From IMG/VR virus record IMGVR_UViG_3300026274_000001: a stretch of 64,000 nt of DNA, one strand, 5' to 3'. How positions within the stretch are numbered: position 1 is the first letter of the stretch; every line of letters starts with the position of its first letter. This document shows, piece after piece, positions 1 to 8,449 of the stretch. The position numbers were made by a program, and so were the translations under genes. A model generated the notes under the pieces. The model was not told the DNA's origin and searched no databases. It worked only from the letters and a program-made list of their open reading frames with translations. This stretch comes from a virus (taxonomy: Duplodnaviria; Caudoviricetes).

Positions 1-16
1 AAAAGCTAAGTCATAG

Positions 17-45
17 AAAGAGCGAGACCATGGTCTCGCTCTTTT
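17..45. terminator. Palindromic intrinsic terminator
   Basis: GAGCGAGACCATGGTCTCGCTC perfect palindrome flanked by A/T runs at the end of minus-strand ORF 47-514. Confidence 0.75.
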
Positions 46-46
46 C

Positions 47-514
47 TTATTCAGCGTCGTCTATGTCATCCCCACAACACAGCCGCTCGATCAGAAGATA
101 ATTCTCATATGCTTCCTTGAGTGCCGGATAGTGTTCATGTTTGTCTAGTGCTGGTTCCAATATACACATACGGCGTTTCATGATCTTCATGAATTCAACC
201 GCATCCACGACTTCATCTACCGAAACCTTTTTCGTCCCAGCAGCATTATTGAATGTAATTTGGCCACTCATGGCATTATTGACATATTGAGTAGTAGCAA
301 TTTGCGTACCAGTAAAAACAGGATTTGCGAGATATGAGCCACTCGATGCCAGTGGTACCCATCTGGTTCCATCCCATACTTCTTGATTGCCATTATTGTA
401 ATAGATGTCACCCGCTCGTGGATTAGATGATCGAGCACTTGTTGATGCTCCTGATCCAGCCATTCCTGAGAAACCACCTTGAGTCATTGGATTAATATTA
501 TAGTTTGTCGACAT
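47..514 (-). CDS. Phage hypothetical protein with tail-fibre-like motifs
   Basis: GDIYYN..EVWDGTRW and NPVFTG..QIATTQYV resemble fibre repeat motifs; C-terminal YPALKEAYENY helix. Confidence 0.7.
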   Translation of the reverse strand: MSTNYNINPMTQGGFSGMAGSGASTSARSSNPRAGDIYYNNGNQEVWDGTRWVPLASSGSYLANPVFTGTQIATTQYVNNAMSGQITFNNAAGTKKVSVDEVVDAVEFMKIMKRRMCILEPALDKHEHYPALKEAYENYLLIERLCCGDDIDDAE

Positions 515-627
515 ATTTTGCCTTCCTTGTTGATAATGTTATTGTACACATCATAAGCAGAAAGCAGTAATTGTGGCGCCGTATAAATCAGGTGACTAAC
601 AATAAGAATAAAAACAAAGATAGCTCA

Positions 628-1140
628 ATGAATACAACAATCATTTCCAGTAGCCTGAGAAAGACATCAAGCTCGAACAAACTGGCATTCTATATAAACT
701 TACGTGGTGAGCATATTGAAGCTCTAAATCTCAAAGAGAACAGAAACGTAGAAGTAACTAAAAATGGCGACCGATATAAGGTACGATTTCTAGCAAAGCC
801 AACAGCACGATCTAGGGCACTACAATTCAAGACCGACCAGGGTGCATCTGTATATTTTGCACCAGAACTGTTCAAACTTAATCACACTGAGCAAGTGGCT
901 GCCTTCCGTATGGAAGCAGAATATGTGGAGAACAGTATTGAATTTTTATTTGATCAAGAAGAATTCTTTAAACCACGAGCCACAGTTGCCGAGACTAAAA
1001 AGATTACTACTCCAGAAGAGAAAGCAGCCGCAACCTTTAAGGTGGATACAGCTTGGGCGGTAAAGGTGCAAGCTGAAATTGACGAGAAGATCGATGCATT
1101 AATTGCCAGTTCAATGAAGAAGAAATTTGAAGGTCGTTAA
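628..1140 (+). CDS. Hypothetical protein
   Basis: ORF track 571-1140 (TTG); ATG at 628 preferred; stop overlaps next start. Confidence 0.65.
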   Translation: MNTTIISSSLRKTSSSNKLAFYINLRGEHIEALNLKENRNVEVTKNGDRYKVRFLAKPTARSRALQFKTDQGASVYFAPELFKLNHTEQVAAFRMEAEYVENSIEFLFDQEEFFKPRATVAETKKITTPEEKAAATFKVDTAWAVKVQAEIDEKIDALIASSMKKKFEGR

Positions 1141-1856
1141 TGCCATCATCAGAACAACTTCAATCTATCGCTCAACAAGTAGCAGTACATGCCAAGTACA
1201 TCACCGACTTCCAACGCACGTTTGATTACGGTGAAGTTAAATTATATTCCGAGACTGCTGGTAAATTAGTAAGTCCTCCTGATAAGCTTCGAAGACTTAA
1301 CGATTTCCTTGCCGCCGCGTATGCCCACGCAATCGCCATATATGCAGATAGTGGTGACGATTGTATCGATCAATTTGGCAATGCAATCGAATTGAAACTC
1401 GCCTTTATCAAGGGTAAGGACATGCGAATGGGTAACAGTGGTAAAGCAATTGTTACCGGAGCGGGATCAGTCAGCTTCACTCATGCAGTCAATGCCAAAT
1501 TTCGAGTCTACAGTGGTACCGACAAGCAACATCATAACAAAGACACCGCACTGGTGTTGATGAGCTTAGACCATAATTGTTTCATCTCTGGGTTTATGCT
1601 TCCTGGTGAAGTCATTACTGACTTAGTTCATAGTGACACGAAAAATACGGTGCAACGTGATGTCTCTCTCAATTCTTTCATAAAATATGGTTATGAATTT
1701 GCCAGTAGTGTTCCCCATATTGGTTGGGGTGAATACTATGAAGCACTGCGCAACTTTATCAATGCGAAAGAAAAGAGATCACCAGAAGATGAGTGGGCCG
1801 CTGCCTATGCGAAATGGGTTAGTTTTGCGGACGAACGTAATTTGAAGCGTTTGTGA
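1140..1856 (+). CDS. Hypothetical protein
   Basis: 238 aa ORF, TAATG coupling to the upstream gene. Confidence 0.75.
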   Translation: MPSSEQLQSIAQQVAVHAKYITDFQRTFDYGEVKLYSETAGKLVSPPDKLRRLNDFLAAAYAHAIAIYADSGDDCIDQFGNAIELKLAFIKGKDMRMGNSGKAIVTGAGSVSFTHAVNAKFRVYSGTDKQHHNKDTALVLMSLDHNCFISGFMLPGEVITDLVHSDTKNTVQRDVSLNSFIKYGYEFASSVPHIGWGEYYEALRNFINAKEKRSPEDEWAAAYAKWVSFADERNLKRL

Positions 1857-1864
1857 CTCTGTGT

Positions 1865-1872
1865 TATAAATA
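1865..1872 (+). promoter_or_regulatory. T4-type late promoter TATAAATA
   Basis: Exact TATAAATA upstream of hsp20; related (C/T)ATAAATA or TAAATA at 3742, 28444, 29767, 30509, 32976, 37029 (+) and 11448, 32742, 35771 (-). Confidence 0.6.
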
Positions 1873-1877
1873 GATTT

Positions 1878-1964
1878 GTAGGCGCTCACGATGAGTCCTA
1901 CAACTGGCAGCCCAATGTGGTGCCAAATTTAACATAATAAAACTCGCTTAATTAAGGAGCATAT
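1878..1964 (+). promoter_or_regulatory. ROSE-like RNA thermometer 5' UTR
   Basis: Three hairpins; the last, CTCGCT-TAATTA-AGGAG, pairs the SD with a bulged G (UCGCU motif) directly before an sHsp gene. Confidence 0.55.
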
Positions 1965-2372
1965 ATGCCTTCAGATCTATTCGATCGTCTTTTCCGTTCA
2001 ACTATTGGTTTTGATTCATTAACCAACTTCGTCTCAACTCTCGACGTCTCCAACTATCCTCCGTACAACATTGAAAAGGTTGATGACCAACCGTTGTATG
2101 TAGTCACTATGGCAGTAGCAGGCTTTAGTAAGACTGAACTAGAGGTATCACTAGTTGATAATTTGCTAGTGATCAAGGGTGAAAAGAAAGCAACGCCGGA
2201 AGTAAAAAAAGAAATGCTACATCACGGATTGGCTTTCCGTAATTTCAAACGTGAATGGCAACTTGGTAAGAACGTCGAAGTAGAAAACGTATCACTTGTT
2301 GATGGCTTACTGGTAGTCGTCATCAAAGAGAACGAACCTGAGTACAAAACGAAGAAATTCGATATCAATTAA
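1965..2372 (+). CDS. Small heat-shock protein (Hsp20/IbpA-like)
   Basis: TIGFD..NYPPYNIEK..MAVAGF..LHHGLAFRNFKREWQL..LVDGLL alpha-crystallin motifs. Confidence 0.95.
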   Translation: MPSDLFDRLFRSTIGFDSLTNFVSTLDVSNYPPYNIEKVDDQPLYVVTMAVAGFSKTELEVSLVDNLLVIKGEKKATPEVKKEMLHHGLAFRNFKREWQLGKNVEVENVSLVDGLLVVVIKENEPEYKTKKFDIN

Positions 2373-2391
2373 TTGATAGTTTGACTCAAAA

Positions 2392-2417
2392 GAAACCCCG
2401 GTCTTTACTGGGGTTTC
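2392..2417 (+). terminator. Intrinsic terminator
   Basis: GAAACCCCG..CTGGGGTTTC hairpin after hsp20. Confidence 0.7.
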
Positions 2418-2485
2418 GTTATTTCTACGATACTTATTGCGATATGGCAATGCCATAGTTAGACTTGGCATAGGAGATTTTAACT

Positions 2486-3058
2486 ATGCATCGCATCTGT
2501 TTTATTGGCAACGCGGGTTCTGGCAAGACTACCCTAACTGCTGATGTATTCGTAGCACTGAAAAAGCAACATAAGAACGCTGAACAAGTTCCTGAATTCA
2601 TTCGATCAGACATTCAAAAGAATGGTCCTATGCGTAGCATTTGGGAACAGTATCGAACACGTAGCAAGCAAAAAGAGCTTGAGGACAACACGCCAGAAGT
2701 TGACTTCATGGTTACTGATAGTGGCATTCTGACGCCATACTTCTACGCTTGTCTGTATTCAGATAAGGCTGATCCACGTTCACGTCTTGTATTGTGCGAC
2801 ATGCACAATTATCTGCTGGAAGATTTGTACAACCGCAGATATTCCCATATCTTCTATTTGCCAATGGCAGAAACCTATGCCAAGAATCCAAAGATTCTGC
2901 AGGATGGTACTCGCTATCAAACAGTAGAAGAAATTCAAGCACTTGAGGCACACTTCAGCCTTGTATTCACTCAACACCACAACCTTGACAACATCTATGT
3001 TCTTGACTGTCCCTTGGAAGACAGACTGAACACAGTACTGGAAATAATCACAAAATGA
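2486..3058 (+). CDS. NadR-type P-loop kinase/ATPase (AAA_28-like)
   Basis: GNAGSGKTT Walker A, VPEFIR, VTDSG, DGTRYQ. Confidence 0.8.
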   Translation: MHRICFIGNAGSGKTTLTADVFVALKKQHKNAEQVPEFIRSDIQKNGPMRSIWEQYRTRSKQKELEDNTPEVDFMVTDSGILTPYFYACLYSDKADPRSRLVLCDMHNYLLEDLYNRRYSHIFYLPMAETYAKNPKILQDGTRYQTVEEIQALEAHFSLVFTQHHNLDNIYVLDCPLEDRLNTVLEIITK

Positions 3059-3384
3059 GTTACAACCTTTTCATCGACCCAACCAAAGAACCACAACGCG
3101 ACGGCAAAAAGTGGCAAACGGCTCGAAGCACAATTGCTGCTGAAAATATTATGAAGCAACTGGGTGCCCCACTGGCAATCTCAGTCAACTACGATCTTGG
3201 TAAGAACGAACCATATGGTGCTGAAATTGCTCGTTGGTTGGTACAACTGGATCTAAATTACAGCATTCTTAGCCATGATCTTGATATTGAAATTCATGGT
3301 GGTAGCGTAGTTGACGCAACGAATATGAAGACCATTCTGCGCAACTACTTGAAGTTTAAGTTCAAGGAAAAAGTAACTGCTTGA
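3055..3384 (+). CDS. Hypothetical protein
   Basis: 109 aa, ATGA overlap with the upstream gene. Confidence 0.75.
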   Translation: MSYNLFIDPTKEPQRDGKKWQTARSTIAAENIMKQLGAPLAISVNYDLGKNEPYGAEIARWLVQLDLNYSILSHDLDIEIHGGSVVDATNMKTILRNYLKFKFKEKVTA

Positions 3385-3435
3385 CAGGTTGCCATATAGG
3401 CAATAAACTGGCGACTTTAGTACACCAAATTCAAT

Positions 3436-3729
3436 ATGACTACAGCAACGAAAACCACAACCAAGACTCGTTTCAAAGAGATTTCAATGTTCCAAGTGCT
3501 ATTGCACAATGATGACTATACTCCTATGGAGTTCGTGTCTGAGGTGCTGATGCAATTCTTTGGCAAGAACAAAGATGATGCTGATGCGATCATGCTTACG
3601 ATCCATGAAAAAGGTATGGGTGTTGCTGGTGTGTACACGAAGGAGATTGCAATGCAGAAAGCAACCGAGACAATGAAGACTGCAAAAATGTATGGCCACC
3701 CGTTGAAGGCTTCCGTTAAAGAAGCTTAA
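3436..3729 (+). CDS. clpS: ATP-dependent Clp protease adaptor ClpS
   Basis: VLLHNDDYTPMEFV..IMLTIHEKGMGVAGVY..HPLKA. Confidence 0.95.
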   Translation: MTTATKTTTKTRFKEISMFQVLLHNDDYTPMEFVSEVLMQFFGKNKDDADAIMLTIHEKGMGVAGVYTKEIAMQKATETMKTAKMYGHPLKASVKEA

Positions 3730-3843
3730 ACAAATCGAGCCTAAATAAAAGAGCTGAATATTTAGTTATTCAGCTCTTTTACATTTTGCGTATTAAACGG
3801 GATACGACTATAATAAAGAAATTACCGTTGGATAATAAAAATA

Positions 3844-5352
3844 ATGATAAAACACCCGAAAGGATATGCCGCGTTTACTCCGAGCATATCCCAGATGTAT
3901 GTATTGGCGCATGCTAAAGAATGGCCCCGTCAACCCCTACCTTTTGGTCCCTTGGATTTCCTAGATCCGAAAAATGCCGATCTCTTTCACCATCAGTTTG
4001 CTCTTTATTCTGCTGGCCACGCTTATTTGGATCCAGCAAAAAGCGATGAGAAAGAACCTATGGTGCAATTGCGCGACCGTTCAAAGACCGTAATGGTCGG
4101 TGATTCGGGTGGGTTCCAGGCAGCAACTGGCGTTCTAGACTTTGATTGGAAAAATCCACTCGGTGAGAAAGCAAATGAGCAGCGTCTCGCATTGATGAAT
4201 TGGCTTGAGCATACAGCTGATTACAGTATGATTCTAGACTGGCCAGCATGGGCGATTACTGCTGGTAAGGCACTATTGCCTGAACAATTATTCCACTTTG
4301 ACCCCTCGACTGGTGAACCAAGTCAAGACGTGTTCAGGAACTGTCTGAATGGTACAGTATGGAATAATGAATTCTTCATGAAGCATAGAACACCAGGTAA
4401 GACAAAGTTCCTGAATGTTTTGCAAGGTCGCAGCATTGAGGAAACTAATATTTGGTTTGATGCTGTTACACCATTCAGTGACACCAAGAAGTACGGCGAT
4501 CGCGCATTCGAGGGCTGGGCACTTGGAGGTTCAACGGGAGGCGATCCAGCGGTCACCATGCGTCTGCTGATTAAGTTGCGGGATAAGGGACTACTTGACG
4601 GTGACGATCGCTGGATTCACGTCCTAGGGCGTTCACGTCTTACAACTGCTGCTTACTTGACTTCAGTCAATCGCGCACTGACGGAATTTGTCAATCCAAA
4701 TATTCAAGTAAGTTATGATGCAGCCAGTGCATTTTTGTATGCAGTGAATGGCAATTATGTTGTAGATTGGCAAGTCAATGATAAGAGCTTGAATCTTATC
4801 AGTACTGAATTCCCAATGCATGAGAAATATATTGGTAGCGATACTCCATTCATCTATAACGGCGTGAAGTCAGATCGATTGCATTCAGCAGAACACTATA
4901 AGAGTCCAATCAGCAAGCAATTGAAGATGGGTGATTTTATTCTTCAAGCAGAACCTGATGCAAAGAAGAAATATCGTATGGATACTGCCAGCTATTTTTA
5001 CATCATGGCGCACAATGTTCAAATGCAAATTGCCGCTATCAATGATGTATCGGAAAAGATGGCTAGTCCTGATGCAGCAAATCACGTACCGACAATCTTT
5101 ATTGAATTTGATGAATTTGTACGTGAGTTGTTTGTGACCGAAAAGCCATTCGAATTAATTGATAAGCATGCAAATAAATTCAGTAACTTGATTTCTGGTG
5201 AGCGTCCTGGCGTTAGCGCAATGGAAGACCCTATTTTGTTCCCTAAAGAACTAAAGACCATGGAAGAGATTGAAGATCGAGTTCGACGCAAGAAACCAGT
5301 TAAGGTAGTTCCAAAGAAGATGGAAAGTTTGTTGAGTAACATTCTCAAGTAA
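3844..5352 (+). CDS. tRNA-guanine transglycosylase-fold protein (TGT/DpdA-like)
   Basis: DSGGFQ, ILD, VLQG, GWALGG, HVLG, SYDAAS TIM-barrel motifs of the TGT family. Confidence 0.75.
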   Translation: MIKHPKGYAAFTPSISQMYVLAHAKEWPRQPLPFGPLDFLDPKNADLFHHQFALYSAGHAYLDPAKSDEKEPMVQLRDRSKTVMVGDSGGFQAATGVLDFDWKNPLGEKANEQRLALMNWLEHTADYSMILDWPAWAITAGKALLPEQLFHFDPSTGEPSQDVFRNCLNGTVWNNEFFMKHRTPGKTKFLNVLQGRSIEETNIWFDAVTPFSDTKKYGDRAFEGWALGGSTGGDPAVTMRLLIKLRDKGLLDGDDRWIHVLGRSRLTTAAYLTSVNRALTEFVNPNIQVSYDAASAFLYAVNGNYVVDWQVNDKSLNLISTEFPMHEKYIGSDTPFIYNGVKSDRLHSAEHYKSPISKQLKMGDFILQAEPDAKKKYRMDTASYFYIMAHNVQMQIAAINDVSEKMASPDAANHVPTIFIEFDEFVRELFVTEKPFELIDKHANKFSNLISGERPGVSAMEDPILFPKELKTMEEIEDRVRRKKPVKVVPKKMESLLSNILK

Positions 5353-5684
5353 TGTTCAAATTCAACATTACGAGCAAGGAGACAAACTACGGTGAATTAT
5401 CGTCGTGGTTTGCCGCCAGAGACGCCAAATATGAATTTGCTTTTATTGATGTCAATGATTGGATGCATCATAAAAGCTATCAGCTTTATGATATTGCCAT
5501 TTATGATGAGCATGTGGCAGTTGAATTTAGGCTCACGTTTGGTGCTAATGTGGGCGAATCTCACAGACATCGAGCACTTGATTTGGAAGCCGAAATGACT
5601 GCTGCACTTTCAGTTGACCTTGCTAACGCAATTGATGAAGAAATTTATCAAGAATTACTGGCTGCTTGTGCAAAGAAACAGTAA
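5352..5684 (+). CDS. Small paralogue family A (A-x-x-FKL-x-F/W), copy 1
   Basis: IYDEHVAVEFRLTF motif; extra C-terminal helix. Confidence 0.75.
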   Translation: MFKFNITSKETNYGELSSWFAARDAKYEFAFIDVNDWMHHKSYQLYDIAIYDEHVAVEFRLTFGANVGESHRHRALDLEAEMTAALSVDLANAIDEEIYQELLAACAKKQ

Positions 5685-5929
5685 TGGCTGAATTTTTTAT
5701 TGCCAAAGCCAATTACGACAATACCGCCATTGTTACTTGGTTGGAAGAGCAAGGATGTTCCCACTATGCTCTATTGTTGGAAGCGACCTGGGCAACGGAG
5801 AGTACAGTTTACGGCTTTAATTCATACAGCTTGAGATCGGGGGTGGTGGTCGGTATTTACGACCCCACGATAGCGATGATGTTCAAGCTGAGATTTGATG
5901 CCAAAGAAAGAGCATCATTAAACAATTAA
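5684..5929 (+). CDS. Family A copy 2
   Basis: IYDPTIAMMFKLRF; ATG at 5684 overlaps the upstream stop. Confidence 0.75.
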   Translation: MAEFFIAKANYDNTAIVTWLEEQGCSHYALLLEATWATESTVYGFNSYSLRSGVVVGIYDPTIAMMFKLRFDAKERASLNN

Positions 5930-6207
5930 TGTGGCCAACACATATGATTTCTTTCTACTCCATCCCAGGTAGTAGATATGACGAATTTGGTATGTTTGCT
6001 TGGTTAAATGCAAACTGCGATAAGAAAGATTGGCAATGTTATGGCATGCAATTGCTTGGCATCTATCCGCAAGCTAGTGTGAACATACCCATTCATGCTT
6101 GGACTTTACACGATGACGATGTGGCATTGATGTTCAAGATCGTATTCAGTGCACTTCTGCATACCACACCTGAATCCATTCACGATGCATATGTGAATCA
6201 TTACTGA
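5929..6207 (+). CDS. Family A copy 3
   Basis: LHDDDVALMFKIVF. Confidence 0.75.
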   Translation: MWPTHMISFYSIPGSRYDEFGMFAWLNANCDKKDWQCYGMQLLGIYPQASVNIPIHAWTLHDDDVALMFKIVFSALLHTTPESIHDAYVNHY

Positions 6208-6208
6208 T

Positions 6209-6487
6209 ATGAATAAATTTTACTGTATGGCGCGTGGCCAATCTCAAGTACTTGAGGACTGGTTGATTGACAATGGCACTGGTTATGATTGGAGTATTCA
6301 TCAAACTATGATATCGAATATTGTTGATGATTCTGACATTCCAAACAACTTTGCGAATGTGTATATGATAGCCGACGATCAATTTGCTATGATGTTCAAG
6401 ATCATGTTTGCTGATGTAGTGTATGACACTCCTAAAGCATTTGGTGACTTCATTGTGCAAAAACGGCTATTAATGAATATTGTATGA
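6209..6487 (+). CDS. Family A copy 4
   Basis: IADDQFAMMFKIMF. Confidence 0.75.
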   Translation: MNKFYCMARGQSQVLEDWLIDNGTGYDWSIHQTMISNIVDDSDIPNNFANVYMIADDQFAMMFKIMFADVVYDTPKAFGDFIVQKRLLMNIV

Positions 6488-6729
6488 ACCGCGTAAACGT
6501 TTATACCCCTTTGACTGATGGTAAAGAACTTGCGATTGATCAATGGATGGCTGAGCGTCAATGTGTCAATTATATAATCACGTCCAAATTCGCTGGGTGG
6601 CATGGCTCGCGTACTGGAGTAATACTTGAATTATGGGTAGTAATGCCACCAGAACATGTGTTGGATTTCCTACTGACATTTGAATCTAGGTTGGCAACAC
6701 CAAAACGTCGTGATTTAGAAATTCTTTGA
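6484..6729 (+). CDS. Family A copy 5
   Basis: PPEHVLDFLLTF. Confidence 0.7.
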   Translation: MNRVNVYTPLTDGKELAIDQWMAERQCVNYIITSKFAGWHGSRTGVILELWVVMPPEHVLDFLLTFESRLATPKRRDLEIL

Positions 6730-6793
6730 CTATCAGTTAACAAATAGATTTTTGACCAATATCACTTATAATACGAACAACTAAGGAAAAGAA

Positions 6794-7057
6794 ATGGCAT
6801 TTATGTACAAAGGTGCACCAGGACAACAACAACATGTCAAACCTGGTGTTGAAATTCAAGCATTCGAATTGCACAAGCGCTACACTGAACTAGGGTGGCA
6901 AATCTTGGACAGTTCGTATTCAGCTGCTCGTCGAATCATGACTTTCTCGTTTGAAGGGAAAGAATTGGTACACATCACTGATGAAGACCAGAACAGTTTT
7001 ACCATGTTTACCTGGCCGGGTTGGTATCTCGTCGGCGCACCACACGCAACCAAGTAA
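6794..7057 (+). CDS. Hypothetical protein (possibly divergent family A)
   Basis: AAGGA SD; ITDEDQNSFTMFTW. Confidence 0.7.
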   Translation: MAFMYKGAPGQQQHVKPGVEIQAFELHKRYTELGWQILDSSYSAARRIMTFSFEGKELVHITDEDQNSFTMFTWPGWYLVGAPHATK

Positions 7058-7061
7058 AGCT

Positions 7062-7328
7062 ATGGCTCCTTGGGAAGAAGGGCTGTATGTCATGCGACTG
7101 GATGCTGGTGAGACTCGCAACAGTAGGGCTCTGCATGCCTCTGTGGATCGGTGGTTTACTGATAATGAGGTGAATCAATGGTTTTTAACGGTAGTATCAA
7201 AACCCACTGATGCACCAAACTATTCACGCCATCGAGCATACGAATTGGAAGTATCAGTTTATTATGAAGAAGAAGCACTGAAATTTATGTTAGCCTTTGG
7301 TGCCAAATTACATAGGACGCCCCTGTGA
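7062..7328 (+). CDS. Family A copy 6
   Basis: YYEEEALKFMLAF; ATG 7062 preferred over track start 6951. Confidence 0.7.
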   Translation: MAPWEEGLYVMRLDAGETRNSRALHASVDRWFTDNEVNQWFLTVVSKPTDAPNYSRHRAYELEVSVYYEEEALKFMLAFGAKLHRTPL

Positions 7329-7585
7329 CCTCGTTCTTCACTCTCGATTTCAAGTTTGGTAAATTTGATAATGAATTTCAAGATAAGCTAACTGAGATTC
7401 GTGAATGGTTTGTAACCAGTAATATGCCCGAAACCATTTGGGGATATTCCACAGTACAGCATCCGGGTACTTTTTATATTCACTTACAAATTATAGTTGA
7501 TGCCGAACTTGCTGCTTTGCAGTTCAAGCTTGCTTGGGCTGATTATATATTACCAGATTTCATGAGAACTTCCAGTGATGCATAA
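7325..7585 (+). CDS. Family A copy 7
   Basis: VDAELAALQFKLAW; GTG start. Confidence 0.75.
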   Translation: MTSFFTLDFKFGKFDNEFQDKLTEIREWFVTSNMPETIWGYSTVQHPGTFYIHLQIIVDAELAALQFKLAWADYILPDFMRTSSDA

Positions 7586-7808
7586 ATTCAGAATGCGACT
7601 TGATCCGGTCTATGATCAAGACTATGTTACTCGTAACGATCAAATCACCACTTGGTTTCGAGAGCGGAATGTGACTATTGATCAATGGCGTGGTGGAATG
7701 ATCGTTGATCCCAAGACATTCGCAGTAGTAATGACGGTCTTTATCAACGATGACTTACTGGCAATGCAATTCAAGCTTACTTGGTCTGAAGACCTAATTA
7801 CTGATTGA
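7575..7808 (+). CDS. Family A copy 8
   Basis: INDDLLAMQFKLTW. Confidence 0.75.
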   Translation: MMHKFRMRLDPVYDQDYVTRNDQITTWFRERNVTIDQWRGGMIVDPKTFAVVMTVFINDDLLAMQFKLTWSEDLITD

Positions 7809-8104
7809 TGCTACCTGCTGATATGACCGTGCTGTATTCACATAGGTTAATACGTCGACTTATGATAGTTGATTGGCTACTTGAACATGCTGATACAAAA
7901 TCGTGGGATTGGAACTCGGTCGCACTTATTGATGTCTATCCAGACAGTGTGCTCGAATCACGGATGATTTACGTTTGGTGTATTGACGACAATAATATTG
8001 CTATGCAAGTGAAACTTATCTTCAGCGACGAATTGTTCTCCCAACCAAAAAGTGTTCATGATCAACTAGTCAGTATCCGCAGAGCCGCTGGATTCCCTTG
8101 GTAA
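7805..8104 (+). CDS. Family A copy 9
   Basis: IDDNNIAMQVKLIF. Confidence 0.75.
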   Translation: MMLPADMTVLYSHRLIRRLMIVDWLLEHADTKSWDWNSVALIDVYPDSVLESRMIYVWCIDDNNIAMQVKLIFSDELFSQPKSVHDQLVSIRRAAGFPW

Positions 8105-8108
8105 CATA

Positions 8109-8348
8109 ATGTCAAGTAAGTTCTATTTTGAACTAGAACACCAAGATTCTGGTTACCACGTAGTTACCGAAGTAAAAGATTGGATACTCGAACAGGTATG
8201 GGCTAAGTGGTATAGATGCGAACATCAATACAAATGCTATGATGGTTATTTGAGTTATTGGCAAAGCGTCGTATTATACGATGTAACACTGGCCGTACAT
8301 TTCAAATTGCGGTGGTCTGATAGCATAATTAAAGAATTTCATTCTTGA
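8109..8348 (+). CDS. Family A copy 10
   Basis: LYDVTLAVHFKLRW. Confidence 0.75.
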   Translation: MSSKFYFELEHQDSGYHVVTEVKDWILEQVWAKWYRCEHQYKCYDGYLSYWQSVVLYDVTLAVHFKLRWSDSIIKEFHS

Positions 8349-8449
8349 GTAGCATTGATTCAAGAAATATCGAACATACGAGTCAACACATAGATTTTTG
8401 GTTGACATCGTTTACAATACAAAATCACTAACACATAGGAATACACAAA

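Noticed and set aside
5352-8348. Diversity-generating retroelement explaining the paralogue array
   Set aside because: No reverse transcriptase and no near-identical TR/VR pair differing only at adenines; copies diverge throughout
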